A stretch of 64,000 nucleotides of DNA, taken from NCBI GenBank assembly GCA_037446635.1, contig JBBIIG010000001.1, forward strand, positions 181,638-245,637, written 5' to 3'. A model generated the notes under the pieces. The model was given only the letters and a program-made list of their open reading frames with translations, ran no database searches and was not told where the DNA came from. The translations under genes and the position numbers were made by a program. Source of the DNA: a bacterium. GTDB taxonomy: Bacteria > Zhuqueibacterota > Zhuqueibacteria > Oceanimicrobiales > Oceanimicrobiaceae. Positions 1 through 9,665 of the stretch are shown here, piece after piece. Position 1 is the stretch's first letter. The number at the start of each line of letters is the position of its first letter.

Positions 1-284
1 TAATCGAGGGCGCGCTGGCGGTTGATGGCGAACGTGCGCTCGTCACACGGAATGTTCACTGGCCCCCACCAGACGTCTTTCTCCGTGTCGGGATGTTTGA
101 CGATGCGTTTGTCCTTCGGGGATCGGCCGGTCTTTGCCCCCGAGTAGGCCACCAGTGCGCCGTTCGCGGCGATGCTGGCGTCAGGATCATAACGGATGGC
201 GTGTTCGTAGAGCGAACTCGGTGGAAGATTCCGGTGAACTTCGCTGACGGTCAGTTCATGGTTGTTGAGGTTGAATTGATTCAT
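1..284 (-). CDS. pckA: Phosphoenolpyruvate carboxykinase (ATP), 5' part; runs off the window edge
   Basis: Not in the ORF track. Manual translation from ATG at 284 gives MNQFNLNNHELTVSEVHRNLPPSSLYEHAI...GALVAYSGAKTGRSPKDKRIV...VWWGPVN. TGRSPKDK is the ATP-PEPCK motif. AGGTG lies upstream. Confidence 0.9.
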   Translation of the reverse strand, partial: MNQFNLNNHELTVSEVHRNLPPSSLYEHAIRYDPDASIAANGALVAYSGAKTGRSPKDKRIVKHPDTEKDVWWGPVNIPCDERTFAINRQRALD

Positions 285-300
285 ATTTTCACCTATTTTG

Positions 301-2784
301 TTATTCAATGGAGCATGGTGTGGCGTTCCAAATTTCCTTTGCGTACTCGGCAATCGTGCGGTCGCTGGAGAACCTACCGGAGGCGGCGATGTTCAAAATC
401 GCTTTGCGAGTCCACGCCTCCGGGTTTGAGTACAACTCGCCCAAGCGTCGGTGCGCCTGAGCGTAACTGGTGAGGTCAGCCAGATGCCGGTATTGGTCGC
501 CGTTGTTCAAGAGCGCATCGAGGATCGGCGTAAAAACGCCGGGTTCGTTTCGGCTGAAATGATTGCCGGCAATCAAGTCGAGCGCGGCACGCGTTTCCGG
601 TTCATTGTCGTAGTGGTGGCGCGGGTTGTACCAACCGCGACTGCTCTCAACCTGCTCAGCAGTCAGGCCGAACAGGAAGAAGTTCTCCTCACCAGCGGCT
701 TCCGCCATTTCGATGGTCGCGCCGTCGCGCGTGCCGATGGTCAGCGCGCCGTTCATCATGAATTTCATGTTGCTCGTGCCGCTGGCCTCGTAGCCGGCCG
801 TCGAGATTTGCTCGGACACGTCACTGGCCGGAATCAAATACTCCGCGACCGAGACGCGGTAGTCCGGCACAAACACGATCTTCAACCGGCCTTTGGTGAT
901 CGGATCACCGTCGAGCGTCACGGCCAGGTTGTTGATAAACTTGATGACGAGCTTGGCGAAGTGGTACGCGGGTGCGGCCTTGCCGCCGAAGAAAAAGGTG
1001 CGCGGCGGCAGGTCGAGGTTTGGATTTTCCCGCAGGCGGTTGTAGAGCACAACGATGTGGAGCGCATTCAACAGTTGCCGTTTGTATTCGTGGATGCGTT
1101 TGATTTGCGTGTCGAAAATCGTGTCGGGATCAATTCCTGGCATGTCTAGCCATCGGATGAAGCGCACCTTCGCGTCGCGTTTCGCCTTGCGGACAGCGGT
1201 GCAAAACTTTTTGTCGTCGGCGAGCGGTTTCAATTTCTCCAACTGCGCGAGGTCGGTGATCCAGCCGTCGCCGATGGCCTCGGTTATGACTCCCGCCAGC
1301 GATGGATTGGCCAGTAGCAGCCAGCGGCGCGGGGTAACGCCGTTGGTTTTGTTGTTGAAACGTTCCGGGAACATGGCCGAGAAGTCCGGCACGACGCGCT
1401 GTTTGAGCAGCTCCGAATGCAACGCGGCGACGCCGTTCGTGCTGTGCGAGCCGACGATGGCCAGATGCGCCATGCGAACTTGCCGGTTTGCGCCTTCCTC
1501 GATGAGGCTGACGCGCGCGATGCGGCCATCGTCGCCAGGATGGCGGGCGCGGACCTCGTCGAGGAATCGGCGATTGATTTCGTAAATGATTTCGAGATGG
1601 CGCGGCAGAAAATCCTGAAACCATTGGACCGGCCATTTCTCCAGGGCCTCTGGTAAGAGGGTGTGATTGGTATACGCCAGCGTGCGTTGCGTGAGATTCC
1701 AGGCGTCGTCCCAGCCGAGCTTCGCGTCATCAAGCAGCAGCCGCATCAACTCCGGCACGGCGAGCGTCGGATGGGTGTCGTTGAGTTGAATCGCAACTTT
1801 TTCCGGCAAGGCCGACCAATCATTCCCGGCCGCGCGGAAACGACGGACGAGATCGGCGAGCGAGCACGCGACCAGAAAGTACTCCTGGAGAAACCGCAGA
1901 CCTTTGCCCTCCGTCGTATGATCGTCGGGATACAAGACGCGCGTCACCGTTTCGGCGGTAAGTGTTTCAGCCAGTGCGCCGACGAAATCGCCGCTGCTGA
2001 ATTGAGCGAAGTCGAAGTCGTTCGACGCTTTGGCGGCCCACAAGCGCAGTGTATTGATCGTCCGGCCACCGTAGCCAACCACGGGCCGGTCAAACGGAAT
2101 GCCGATCAGCGAGGACGGCCGGCCTTCCACGACACGCAGGGTGCCGCCGCGAATCTTAAAAGACACGTTTAGTTTCACTTCGACGGCTTCGTTCGGTCGC
2201 GCCACCTCCCACGGGTCGCGCCGGGCGAGCCAGTGGTCCGGCTGTTCACTTTGCCAGCCGTCGCGAATGTGTTGCCGGAAGATCCCGTACTCGTAGCGCA
2301 AGCCATAGCCCATGCCCGGGATGCCTATTGTCGCCATCGAATCCAGAAAACACGCGGCCAACCGGCCGAGGCCGCCGTTGCCGAGGCCAGCATCCGGTTC
2401 CTGCTCAAAGATCTTGAGCGGATCGAGCCGGTGCTGCTTCGCGAACTGTTGCGCCTCTGCTTTGAGTTGGAGGTTCGTGATGTTGTTGGCGAGCATCCGG
2501 CCGAGCAGAAACTCCATCGAAAGATAGTACACGCGCTTGGTGTTGCGCTGCCGGTAGGTCTGTTCGGTTTTCAGCCAACGCTGCGACAGCACGTCCCTCA
2601 CGGAACGGGCGATGGCTTCGAATTTGTCGCGGTCGGTCGTCTCCGTGTCGGCGACGGCGTGATCGAAGGTTACGTGCCGCTCATACAGCGCGTTGGGATC
2701 GCCGGACAATTTGACCGGTCCGCAGTTGTAACGTGCGAGGGGATTCTCCTTTTCAATCGATCTTTTTTTCAGCCTTGTATTCAT
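301..2784 (-). CDS. glgP: Glycogen/starch/alpha-glucan phosphorylase (GT35)
   Basis: 827 aa with DAGLGNGGLGRLAACF, IQLNDTHP, KRIHEYKRQ and the PLP-binding EASGTSNMKF motif. Confidence 0.97.
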   Translation of the reverse strand: MNTRLKKRSIEKENPLARYNCGPVKLSGDPNALYERHVTFDHAVADTETTDRDKFEAIARSVRDVLSQRWLKTEQTYRQRNTKRVYYLSMEFLLGRMLANNITNLQLKAEAQQFAKQHRLDPLKIFEQEPDAGLGNGGLGRLAACFLDSMATIGIPGMGYGLRYEYGIFRQHIRDGWQSEQPDHWLARRDPWEVARPNEAVEVKLNVSFKIRGGTLRVVEGRPSSLIGIPFDRPVVGYGGRTINTLRLWAAKASNDFDFAQFSSGDFVGALAETLTAETVTRVLYPDDHTTEGKGLRFLQEYFLVACSLADLVRRFRAAGNDWSALPEKVAIQLNDTHPTLAVPELMRLLLDDAKLGWDDAWNLTQRTLAYTNHTLLPEALEKWPVQWFQDFLPRHLEIIYEINRRFLDEVRARHPGDDGRIARVSLIEEGANRQVRMAHLAIVGSHSTNGVAALHSELLKQRVVPDFSAMFPERFNNKTNGVTPRRWLLLANPSLAGVITEAIGDGWITDLAQLEKLKPLADDKKFCTAVRKAKRDAKVRFIRWLDMPGIDPDTIFDTQIKRIHEYKRQLLNALHIVVLYNRLRENPNLDLPPRTFFFGGKAAPAYHFAKLVIKFINNLAVTLDGDPITKGRLKIVFVPDYRVSVAEYLIPASDVSEQISTAGYEASGTSNMKFMMNGALTIGTRDGATIEMAEAAGEENFFLFGLTAEQVESSRGWYNPRHHYDNEPETRAALDLIAGNHFSRNEPGVFTPILDALLNNGDQYRHLADLTSYAQAHRRLGELYSNPEAWTRKAILNIAASGRFSSDRTIAEYAKEIWNATPCSIE

Positions 2785-2882
2785 GTATTCACCTTTATAA
2801 TTGCACCATACTGAAGTCCTTTAGAAAACCCGACAGGCCAAGGCCTTTTGAGTCATGAGTGATCTGGCCGAGCAAGTCAGCT

Positions 2883-5800
2883 TCACCTTCTTTTCGCGAG
2901 GACTCCCTGGATTCGGTCGAGCTCGGCAAGGGCCAACTGGTATTGCAGCGAAGCCTGAAGCTGATTCGCTTCCGCCTTTTTCAGTGCCGCCACTGTCTCG
3001 GCGTGTTTGGCCGCGGTCACCGTCCCCGCCCGGGTTCCGTCTTCGCTGATCCGCACATTCTCCCTGGATAACGCCAGCGCCTCCCGGGCGACGTCGACCA
3101 TCTGTTTCGAGCGTTCCAGATTGCGGAACGCCTTGTCGATTTCGATCCCGATCCGTCTCTCTGTTTCCGCCAGCTTTTCTCGCGCCTGCGATCTTTGGGC
3201 GGCCCGCTGGCGGATTTCCCCCTTGCGCCTTCCCCAATCGAAAATGTTCCAGGTCAGTTCGGCGCCGAAGATGCCGATGTTCTCCTTCAGAAACGGCGCT
3301 CCGTCCTGGTAGCCGTGCCTGGCAAAGAGCGTTACGTCAGGGATATACTCATATTTGGCCGCCCGCACCGCATGCCGTGACTTCTCCAGTGTTTCGCGGG
3401 CTGCAATAAGTTCGCCGTTTTCGGCGAGGGCCTGCTCGTGGGCCTCTTCCCTTGATGGTTCCGCCAAATCCGGCAATCCGGACTCGGTCACTTCGAGGGT
3501 GTCGTCGCCTGGAAGACCCAGAAGGTCGTTGAGGTCGGCGGTGAGATCCGAAATCTGTTTCTCCGCGACGATCAGGGTCTGCCTGCGCTGAAGCAGATTA
3601 GCTCTGGCTCCAGTGACCGCCATTTCGAGAAGGTTCCCAGCCCGCACCCCCTCCTCCGCCTCGCGCAGGTACTCCTGCGCGGCAAGGAGCGACGCCTCGA
3701 CGGCCTCCTTGTCCTTGGTGGCGATCAACAGCGCGTAATAAAGTTGGTAGATCGAAAGAACGATTTCGTTTTCCGACCGTTTCAAATCCGCTACCACGAT
3801 GCTGCGATCAGCCCGGGCAATCTTATTGGCCTCATGGATCTTTAAGATCTGCGTCGTCGGCTGGGCCAGCGTGGTCTCGGTGTACAGAATAGTCGATGAA
3901 CTCTGGTTCACGCTGACGTCATGGTCCGGGAAGGGGCTTCCATTGATGTTCCCCAGACTGCCGGCCGGAATGGTCACAAGCTGCTTGTCCGACAGGGCCA
4001 TGTATTTGGTGTTGTTGTAAAGTTGCGGGAAATACTGGGACCGGGTGGAGACGATTTTCCCCTGGGTTTCCGATATTCTTTCCCGGGCGATTTTGACCGC
4101 GGCGTTCTGCTGCAGAGCCAGTTCCACCGCCTGAGGGAGGGTCAGGGAGCGCCTCACCGGCTGGGCGGAGGCCTCCCGCCCTCCGGCAAGGAGGGCACAG
4201 GCCGCGAGCACGACGGCGACCGCCACCCGATTCAGGGAGCGGGACTTGATGACCACGAAGAGGACGGGAATGACCAGCAGCGTGAAGAACATGGAGAAAA
4301 TAAGGCCGAAGGCGATGACGCTCGCCAGCGGGCTCCAGAGGCTCGATCCGGAGAGAATCATCGGCGTCACCCCCACGGCGGCGGCCATGGTGGTGAGGAA
4401 AATCGGACGCAGCCGCCGCGCCCCCGCCTCCCGAGCCGCCTGCTCCAGGGTTTCCCCCTCGGCGACTTTTTCGTTGCAGTAGTCGACGAGGATGATGCCG
4501 TTTCTCACGACGATCCCGCACAGGCTGATCATCCCCATGAAGGCGGTGAACCCGAACGGGTTATGCGTGATGAGCAACCCGAAGACCGCCCCGAAAAGCG
4601 TGAGCGGGATCGACGCCATGACCACGAGCGGATCCGAGATGCTTTTGAACTGGACGAGCAGGACGAGGAAGATCGCCAAGAGGCTGATCGCGAGTGCAAC
4701 GAGCATCTGGGGGAAGGTCTCGTTCTGATTGAATTCTTCTCCGCCGTATTCAATCCGGTAGCCCGCCGAGAGCTCCAGGGCCTCGAGCTGAGGCCTGGCC
4801 TGCTCCAGGATCTTCGAGGCGTAGATTCCCGGCTTCGCGAAGGCGCGGACCGTCAGGGTGCGCACGCCGTTTCGCCGGACGATTCTGCTGGTCTGCCACT
4901 CCGGCTCGAGCGTGGCGATGGCCCGGAGCGGAACCCTGGCACGGGTCAACTCAGAGTCTAAATAGGTATCCCAGATGTCCTCGAAGGAGGAACGTGAGGC
5001 CGGGTCGAGTCGCAGCTTGATGGTCACGGCGCGGTCGCCTTCCCAGAATGTACTCACCGCAGCTCCGTCGAACGCCCCGTAGAGGATCTGCGATACCGAG
5101 GCATTCCTTATGCCGAGGCGGTTTGCCAACTCGTCGTTGACCTTCACGTCCAACATGTACGAATCGTTGAAGTAGTCCCGGTGCACGTACTGGGAACCGG
5201 GGATGTCCTCCAGAATTTCCCGCACCTCTTCCCCCAGCCGCTTCAGCTCGTCGATGTCGTCGCCCGAGATGCGCACCTCGATCGGCGCTTCCACTTGGGC
5301 GCCCTGCTGGAGTTCCTTGACAATCACCATCGCTTCCGGCACCAGGGCGGCCAGGGAGGAGCGCAGCTCCTTCACCAGCCGACTGGTAGCCTCCACCGAG
5401 GCGGTATTGACGATGAACTGGCCGTAGGCGCCGTCGGGCTGCTGCGGATTGACGTTGTAGTAGAACCTCGGAGCGCTCTGACCTACGAAAGTTGCGTAAT
5501 GGGCGACTCCGTTGCTTGAACTCAGGGCCTTTTCGATTCGTTGCATGATGGCGTCGGTGGCCTCGATTCGCGTTCCCTGCGGCATCCACACGTCGATCAC
5601 GAACTGGTTGCGCTCCGCGGAAGGAAAGAACTGCTGCGGCACCAGGGTGAAGAGCATGACCCCGAAAGCGAAGGCGCCCCCACCGAGAACGAAAGCCAGC
5701 CCCTTCCGGTTCATGAAGAGGTTGATCAGCGTTCCATAGCCGCGCTGGAGCCGGTCGAGGAGGCTCACTTTCTCCTTGCCATCGCTCTTCACGGCTTCGT

Positions 5801-7292
5801 GGTCGTGCAGGCCTTTTTTGATGAATGTTCGGCAGAGCATGGGCGTCAGCAGGACCGCCACAAGGAAAGACACCGCCAGCGCGATCGCCACGCTCACGGG
5901 GAGCGCCGCGATGAACTCGCCGGCGGAGCCTGTGATGATCAAGAGCGGCAGAAACGAGCAGATGATCGTTACGGTCGCAGTGAGGACGGGGACCAGAACC
6001 TCGGTGGCGCATCTCCAAGCCGCCTCGCTTCTCGGGACCTTGTGGTCCAGAAGCTCGACGTAGTTGTCGGCGATCACGATGGCGTCGTCCACCACGATCC
6101 CGAGCACCACGATGAGGGCCGCGATGGAGACCTGATGTAGGGCGATCCCCAGGGCGTTCATGACGCCAAGAGTCCCGCACAGGGTGACCGGGATGGCCAG
6201 GGCCGCGATGAGAGCAACTCGAAACGGGAGAAGGAAAAGAGTGACGATGATGACCGAACCGATGGCCAGCAGGAACTCGTGCGATAGGTGCGTGATCCGC
6301 TCCTCGACGACTCCGGGCTGGTTGGCGACGAGATCCAACTGAACGTCAGGGGGAAGGAGCCCTCTGAGGTGGTGGAAGACCTTTTCGAGTTGCTCGCCGA
6401 GCTCAACGATGTTCTTTCCCTTCTGCATCTCGACGGAGAGGAGCAAGCAGGGCTCGCCGTCGTAGCGCACCAGGAAGTTCGGATCTTGGTATCGCCGCTC
6501 GACGTTGGCGAAGTCCTTGATGTAGGTCGGATGGCCCTCTCTGGAAACGTCCACAAGCACGTTACGTATTTCGTCTTCGGTATTGAAGATCCCGCTAGTC
6601 CTCATTGGGATCTTGGTCTGGTCCGCTTCGAAATTCCCTGCGCTCTGAATGGCGTTTCGCTGCATGAGCGCATTCGCCACCTGCCGCGGATTGGCGAAGT
6701 ACTGCGCCATCCTTTCCATGCTGCTGGTGACCCAGATCTCTTCTCCCTGCGTCCCGTACGTCACGAGCTTTCCCACTTCGCGCACCGTGCGCATTTCATC
6801 ATGGATCTTATCCGCGTAGTCCCGCAGTTCCCGGTAGCCGTAGCGCTTCCCGTGGATGGCGATCAGCATCGCCACCGTGTCGCCGAAATCGGAGTCAACC
6901 ACCGGCCCTCTGACGCCGTCGGGGAGCTCGGTGGCGCGTACCAGGTTCATTTCATGCCGCAGCTTCGCCCAGAACTGGTCGGAATTCTTGATGTTGTCCT
7001 CCAGCTCGACGTTGATGATGACGAGACCGGGACGGCTCGTCGAATAGGTCTTGTCCTTCCGCACCTCCGGAAACTTGAAGATGTGTTTTTCCAGGGTTTT
7101 CGTGACCTGCTTTTCCACCTGCTCGGAGGTCGCTCCCGGGTAAATCGCGGCGACAAGCCCGGTCCTGATGGTAATCGTCGGATCTTCCGTGCGCTGCATT
7201 TTCAGGAAGGCGTGAATGCCGATAGAGACCACCATGGCGGTCAGGATCAGCGTGACGGAGGGATAGCGAAGTGAAGATTTTATCGGAGTCAT
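2883..7292 (-). CDS. AcrB-family RND permease fused to a C-terminal TolC-like outer membrane factor
   Basis: About 1015 aa of RND (GIVVDDAIV, RLRPIFLTT), then a signal-peptide-like segment and an OEP-like domain (LTLPQAVELALQQN...LTWNIFDWG...ALAELDRIQG), all in one frame. Confidence 0.9.
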   Translation of the reverse strand: MTPIKSSLRYPSVTLILTAMVVSIGIHAFLKMQRTEDPTITIRTGLVAAIYPGATSEQVEKQVTKTLEKHIFKFPEVRKDKTYSTSRPGLVIINVELEDNIKNSDQFWAKLRHEMNLVRATELPDGVRGPVVDSDFGDTVAMLIAIHGKRYGYRELRDYADKIHDEMRTVREVGKLVTYGTQGEEIWVTSSMERMAQYFANPRQVANALMQRNAIQSAGNFEADQTKIPMRTSGIFNTEDEIRNVLVDVSREGHPTYIKDFANVERRYQDPNFLVRYDGEPCLLLSVEMQKGKNIVELGEQLEKVFHHLRGLLPPDVQLDLVANQPGVVEERITHLSHEFLLAIGSVIIVTLFLLPFRVALIAALAIPVTLCGTLGVMNALGIALHQVSIAALIVVLGIVVDDAIVIADNYVELLDHKVPRSEAAWRCATEVLVPVLTATVTIICSFLPLLIITGSAGEFIAALPVSVAIALAVSFLVAVLLTPMLCRTFIKKGLHDHEAVKSDGKEKVSLLDRLQRGYGTLINLFMNRKGLAFVLGGGAFAFGVMLFTLVPQQFFPSAERNQFVIDVWMPQGTRIEATDAIMQRIEKALSSSNGVAHYATFVGQSAPRFYYNVNPQQPDGAYGQFIVNTASVEATSRLVKELRSSLAALVPEAMVIVKELQQGAQVEAPIEVRISGDDIDELKRLGEEVREILEDIPGSQYVHRDYFNDSYMLDVKVNDELANRLGIRNASVSQILYGAFDGAAVSTFWEGDRAVTIKLRLDPASRSSFEDIWDTYLDSELTRARVPLRAIATLEPEWQTSRIVRRNGVRTLTVRAFAKPGIYASKILEQARPQLEALELSAGYRIEYGGEEFNQNETFPQMLVALAISLLAIFLVLLVQFKSISDPLVVMASIPLTLFGAVFGLLITHNPFGFTAFMGMISLCGIVVRNGIILVDYCNEKVAEGETLEQAAREAGARRLRPIFLTTMAAAVGVTPMILSGSSLWSPLASVIAFGLIFSMFFTLLVIPVLFVVIKSRSLNRVAVAVVLAACALLAGGREASAQPVRRSLTLPQAVELALQQNAAVKIARERISETQGKIVSTRSQYFPQLYNNTKYMALSDKQLVTIPAGSLGNINGSPFPDHDVSVNQSSSTILYTETTLAQPTTQILKIHEANKIARADRSIVVADLKRSENEIVLSIYQLYYALLIATKDKEAVEASLLAAQEYLREAEEGVRAGNLLEMAVTGARANLLQRRQTLIVAEKQISDLTADLNDLLGLPGDDTLEVTESGLPDLAEPSREEAHEQALAENGELIAARETLEKSRHAVRAAKYEYIPDVTLFARHGYQDGAPFLKENIGIFGAELTWNIFDWGRRKGEIRQRAAQRSQAREKLAETERRIGIEIDKAFRNLERSKQMVDVAREALALSRENVRISEDGTRAGTVTAAKHAETVAALKKAEANQLQASLQYQLALAELDRIQGVLAKRR

Positions 7293-7317
7293 GACTCTGT
7301 TCCTTTTTAGGTTAAAT

Positions 7318-8430
7318 TCATCTGCTGGTCTGCTCTTCCGTTGCCGATACAGCCAGCCCGTCTCTGAGCTTTGTCTGTCCGGCCAGCACGATCAGTTCGT
7401 CACCGGAAAGCCCGCTTTTTATCTCGACGTCGTTGTCGATGAGCGCTCCGACGTCCACACGCTTGGCATACACCCGCTTCTGGTCGGGATAATAGACGAA
7501 GACCTGCGTCGCGCCTTGTGGATCACGGACCACCGCACCCCCCGGAAGCGTCACCATCGCTATCGTCCGGTCCCCGCGGATGGTTGCTTTCGCGACCATC
7601 CCAACACGCAAGAGGTGTTCGGGATTTGCCACGGTGATTCTGGTCATGTAGGTCCGGGTGTTGGGATCGGCTGAAACGTTGATGACGCGAACCGTGCCCC
7701 GGAAAGACTTTCCCGGGAGGGCGGGAACGGTGATATCCGCTTGTTGCCCGATCCTAACGCTGTGAACGTCCGTCTCCGGTACGCCAACATTCACCTCCAT
7801 CGGATCCATCTGGACGATCTCAAAGACGGGGTGTCCGGCAGCGGCGACGTCGCCGGGTTCAATCAACCTTTTGGCGATGTAGCCGCTGGCGGGGGCACGC
7901 AGGGTCCCATCCGTAAGACGCTTCCTGGACAGTTTCTCCGAGGCAACGGCGTGCTCGTGTTGCTGTACGGCGGCATCATACGCAGCCTTGTAGTTCAGAA
8001 AGTCGTTTGGAGCCAGGCTCTTCGAGTCGTAGAGCATCTTCATGCGCTGGAACTCGTCCTCTGCCCGCTCCAGGCGGACGCGGGCCTGATCTGCTTGCGC
8101 TTTGGCCGCCGCCAGGGCCAGATGGTAATCGGTCGAGTCAATTAAGGCAAGCACCTGCCCCTTCTTCACGAATTCCCCTTCCCGCGGCCCCACGAACACC
8201 ACCTTGCCGGATACGAGAAAACCCACCTGCGCAGGGGAGTTCGGCGTCGAAACCGTCCCGCTCACGGAGACGGTTTCCCTCTCCTGAACCTTTTGGACCC
8301 GTCCGACAATCACGGGGACGGCGACACTGTTCGATTCCTTGCTTTGTTTGTCACCTGTGCAGGCGGTCAGCGAGACCCCCAAAAAGGACAGGCAGACCGC
8401 TGCGACAACGGATGTAAGACTACTTTTCAT
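7318..8430 (-). CDS. RND efflux periplasmic adaptor (MFP), lipoprotein
   Basis: Start moved to ATG 8430 (AAGGAG RBS). Lipobox LTAC; GEFVKKGQVLA, LRAPASG and DPNTRTY motifs. Confidence 0.93.
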   Translation of the reverse strand: MKSSLTSVVAAVCLSFLGVSLTACTGDKQSKESNSVAVPVIVGRVQKVQERETVSVSGTVSTPNSPAQVGFLVSGKVVFVGPREGEFVKKGQVLALIDSTDYHLALAAAKAQADQARVRLERAEDEFQRMKMLYDSKSLAPNDFLNYKAAYDAAVQQHEHAVASEKLSRKRLTDGTLRAPASGYIAKRLIEPGDVAAAGHPVFEIVQMDPMEVNVGVPETDVHSVRIGQQADITVPALPGKSFRGTVRVINVSADPNTRTYMTRITVANPEHLLRVGMVAKATIRGDRTIAMVTLPGGAVVRDPQGATQVFVYYPDQKRVYAKRVDVGALIDNDVEIKSGLSGDELIVLAGQTKLRDGLAVSATEEQTSR

Positions 8431-8477
8431 TTTATGGCGCTCCTTTACCTTAAATAAGAATGAACTGATTTGTCGGC

Positions 8478-8834
8478 TTAGTTGATTTTGTTTCGATTTA
8501 GAATTTTCTGGATGCAATAGTTGATAGCATCGTCATCCTGACTCCCCTGAATAATGTCGTCAGCAATCCACGAACGAAAATCATGTTGCATATCATCGTT
8601 ACCCCCCAGAAATAAAATCTTGACGCCCTTCAAATTGGGTGCTATTTGCACAACTTCATCGAGACTGTGCTCGTCCATGTCAACAACGAGCATATCCAAC
8701 TGTGATTTTGTTATCACTGCGGGAATTTGGTCGAGTGTGTCAGTGATAGAGACGGTGTGTCCTTGGCGCTGTAAAAGGGCAGTCAGCAAGCTGTTTCTTT
8801 GCGCGTCACTTTTAACTAGGATGATTCGAGACAT
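8478..8834 (-). CDS. Atypical single-domain response regulator receiver
   Basis: Start 8834 with GAAGGGAG RBS. REC-fold pattern with the VVDM Asp kept; acidic pocket and conserved Lys altered. Confidence 0.6.
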   Translation of the reverse strand: MSRIILVKSDAQRNSLLTALLQRQGHTVSITDTLDQIPAVITKSQLDMLVVDMDEHSLDEVVQIAPNLKGVKILFLGGNDDMQHDFRSWIADDIIQGSQDDDAINYCIQKILNRNKIN

Positions 8835-8925
8835 TTTGATTACTCCCTTCAAATTTGACCGTTCAATCAAAACAAGAATATTTGTTCTTGCCGCCATCGC
8901 CCCGGTCTCTCTACCCTTGCTATGG

Positions 8926-8957
8926 CATCTCCGGCTGGATCGCTCCAGCCGGAGATG
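8926..8957. other. Perfect 14-bp hairpin in the leader of the REC-MFP-RND unit
   Basis: CATCTCCGGCTGGA-tcgc-TCCAGCCGGAGATG. Confidence 0.75.
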
Positions 8958-9044
8958 AGGAGGAAGGGATGTTGGGGGCTCTGCTCAAAGCAACTCAGAT
9001 TATGATTTGCGCTGGCTGAACTGTTGTTTGCTCTGGCCATACTT

Positions 9045-9062
9045 TACCAAGTGTCGTGCCAA
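9045..9062 (-). promoter_or_regulatory. Putative sigma-54 -24/-12 promoter (variant -12)
   Basis: Minus strand TTGGCACGACACTTGGTA, i.e. GG-N10-GG; homologous to 13043-13060. Confidence 0.6.
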
Positions 9063-9169
9063 GTGTATTTTGGCAGAATTTAGGTCTATGTAAGCGCTTT
9101 TTATATATGGAGTTATGTAGAATGATAAAAGAACGCGGTCAAGGCATGAAAAACGACGGGCTTTGTGAG

Positions 9170-9190
9170 ATATCAAAAGTTTTATGATAT
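9170..9190. promoter_or_regulatory. Putative enhancer (UAS) for the sigma-54 activator
   Basis: Palindrome ATATCA-N9-TGATAT, 110 bp from the -24 GG. Confidence 0.55.
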
Positions 9191-9210
9191 ATCATAATTC
9201 ATAAAAACAT

Positions 9211-9348
9211 GAGACGAATTCCTAATTTTTTCATGCGGAAAGCAGGGTTCAGACAATTGATTCCGAGAATTTAGGCAGCACATCCAGACCGCTAACCCGG
9301 CGCGTGAAGTCGAGGGCTTTCAAATGTGCGGCGTTCCAATTCAGTCAA
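9211..9348 (-). pseudogene. Degenerate 3' (Fis-HTH) end of a sigma-54 activator gene
   Basis: Across frameshifts and a stop it reads LTELER/AHLKALDFTRRVSG/AA*ILGINCLNPAFRMKKLGIR, matching the C-terminus of 13193-14614 ([48 protein letters not shown]). Confidence 0.85.
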
Positions 9349-9391
9349 TTGGCACTACGAAGAAAATGGGCGGATCGTCATCGAGGGAAGA

Positions 9392-9576
9392 AACCAAAGT
9401 AATCATGGATGAATTTGAGCAAGTCATCGATGATGGCCTGCGCGGTGACTTCGCCTTTGTCGTAGCCGTATTATTAGTTGAGGAAACGATGCAGGAGCAA
9501 CCGGTGGAGACTCTTTGATTTAGATGATGACGTGTGGGAAAAGCCGGGTCCCATCTCGTGTTTGGTGCCGCGTCAT
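9392..9576 (-). pseudogene. Disrupted 5' fragment of an unidentified gene
   Basis: GGAG plus ATG at 9576; after a frameshift reads KSLHRLLLHRFLN**YGYDKGEVTAQAIIDDLLKFIHDYF. Confidence 0.4.
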
Positions 9577-9665
9577 ATTTTTAACTCCATTTTGCTGCTT
9601 CTTTAGTATGAAACGCGGTAAAGTGACCGCTAACTAGCAGGCGCATGTGAAGCTAAACCTTTGCG

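Noticed and set aside
93..8417. Long plus-strand ORFs (e.g. 451-1149, 3921-4961, 6288-7274) and minus-strand 4951-6180
   Set aside because: Shadow frames of GC-rich glgP, RND and MFP genes; no motifs.
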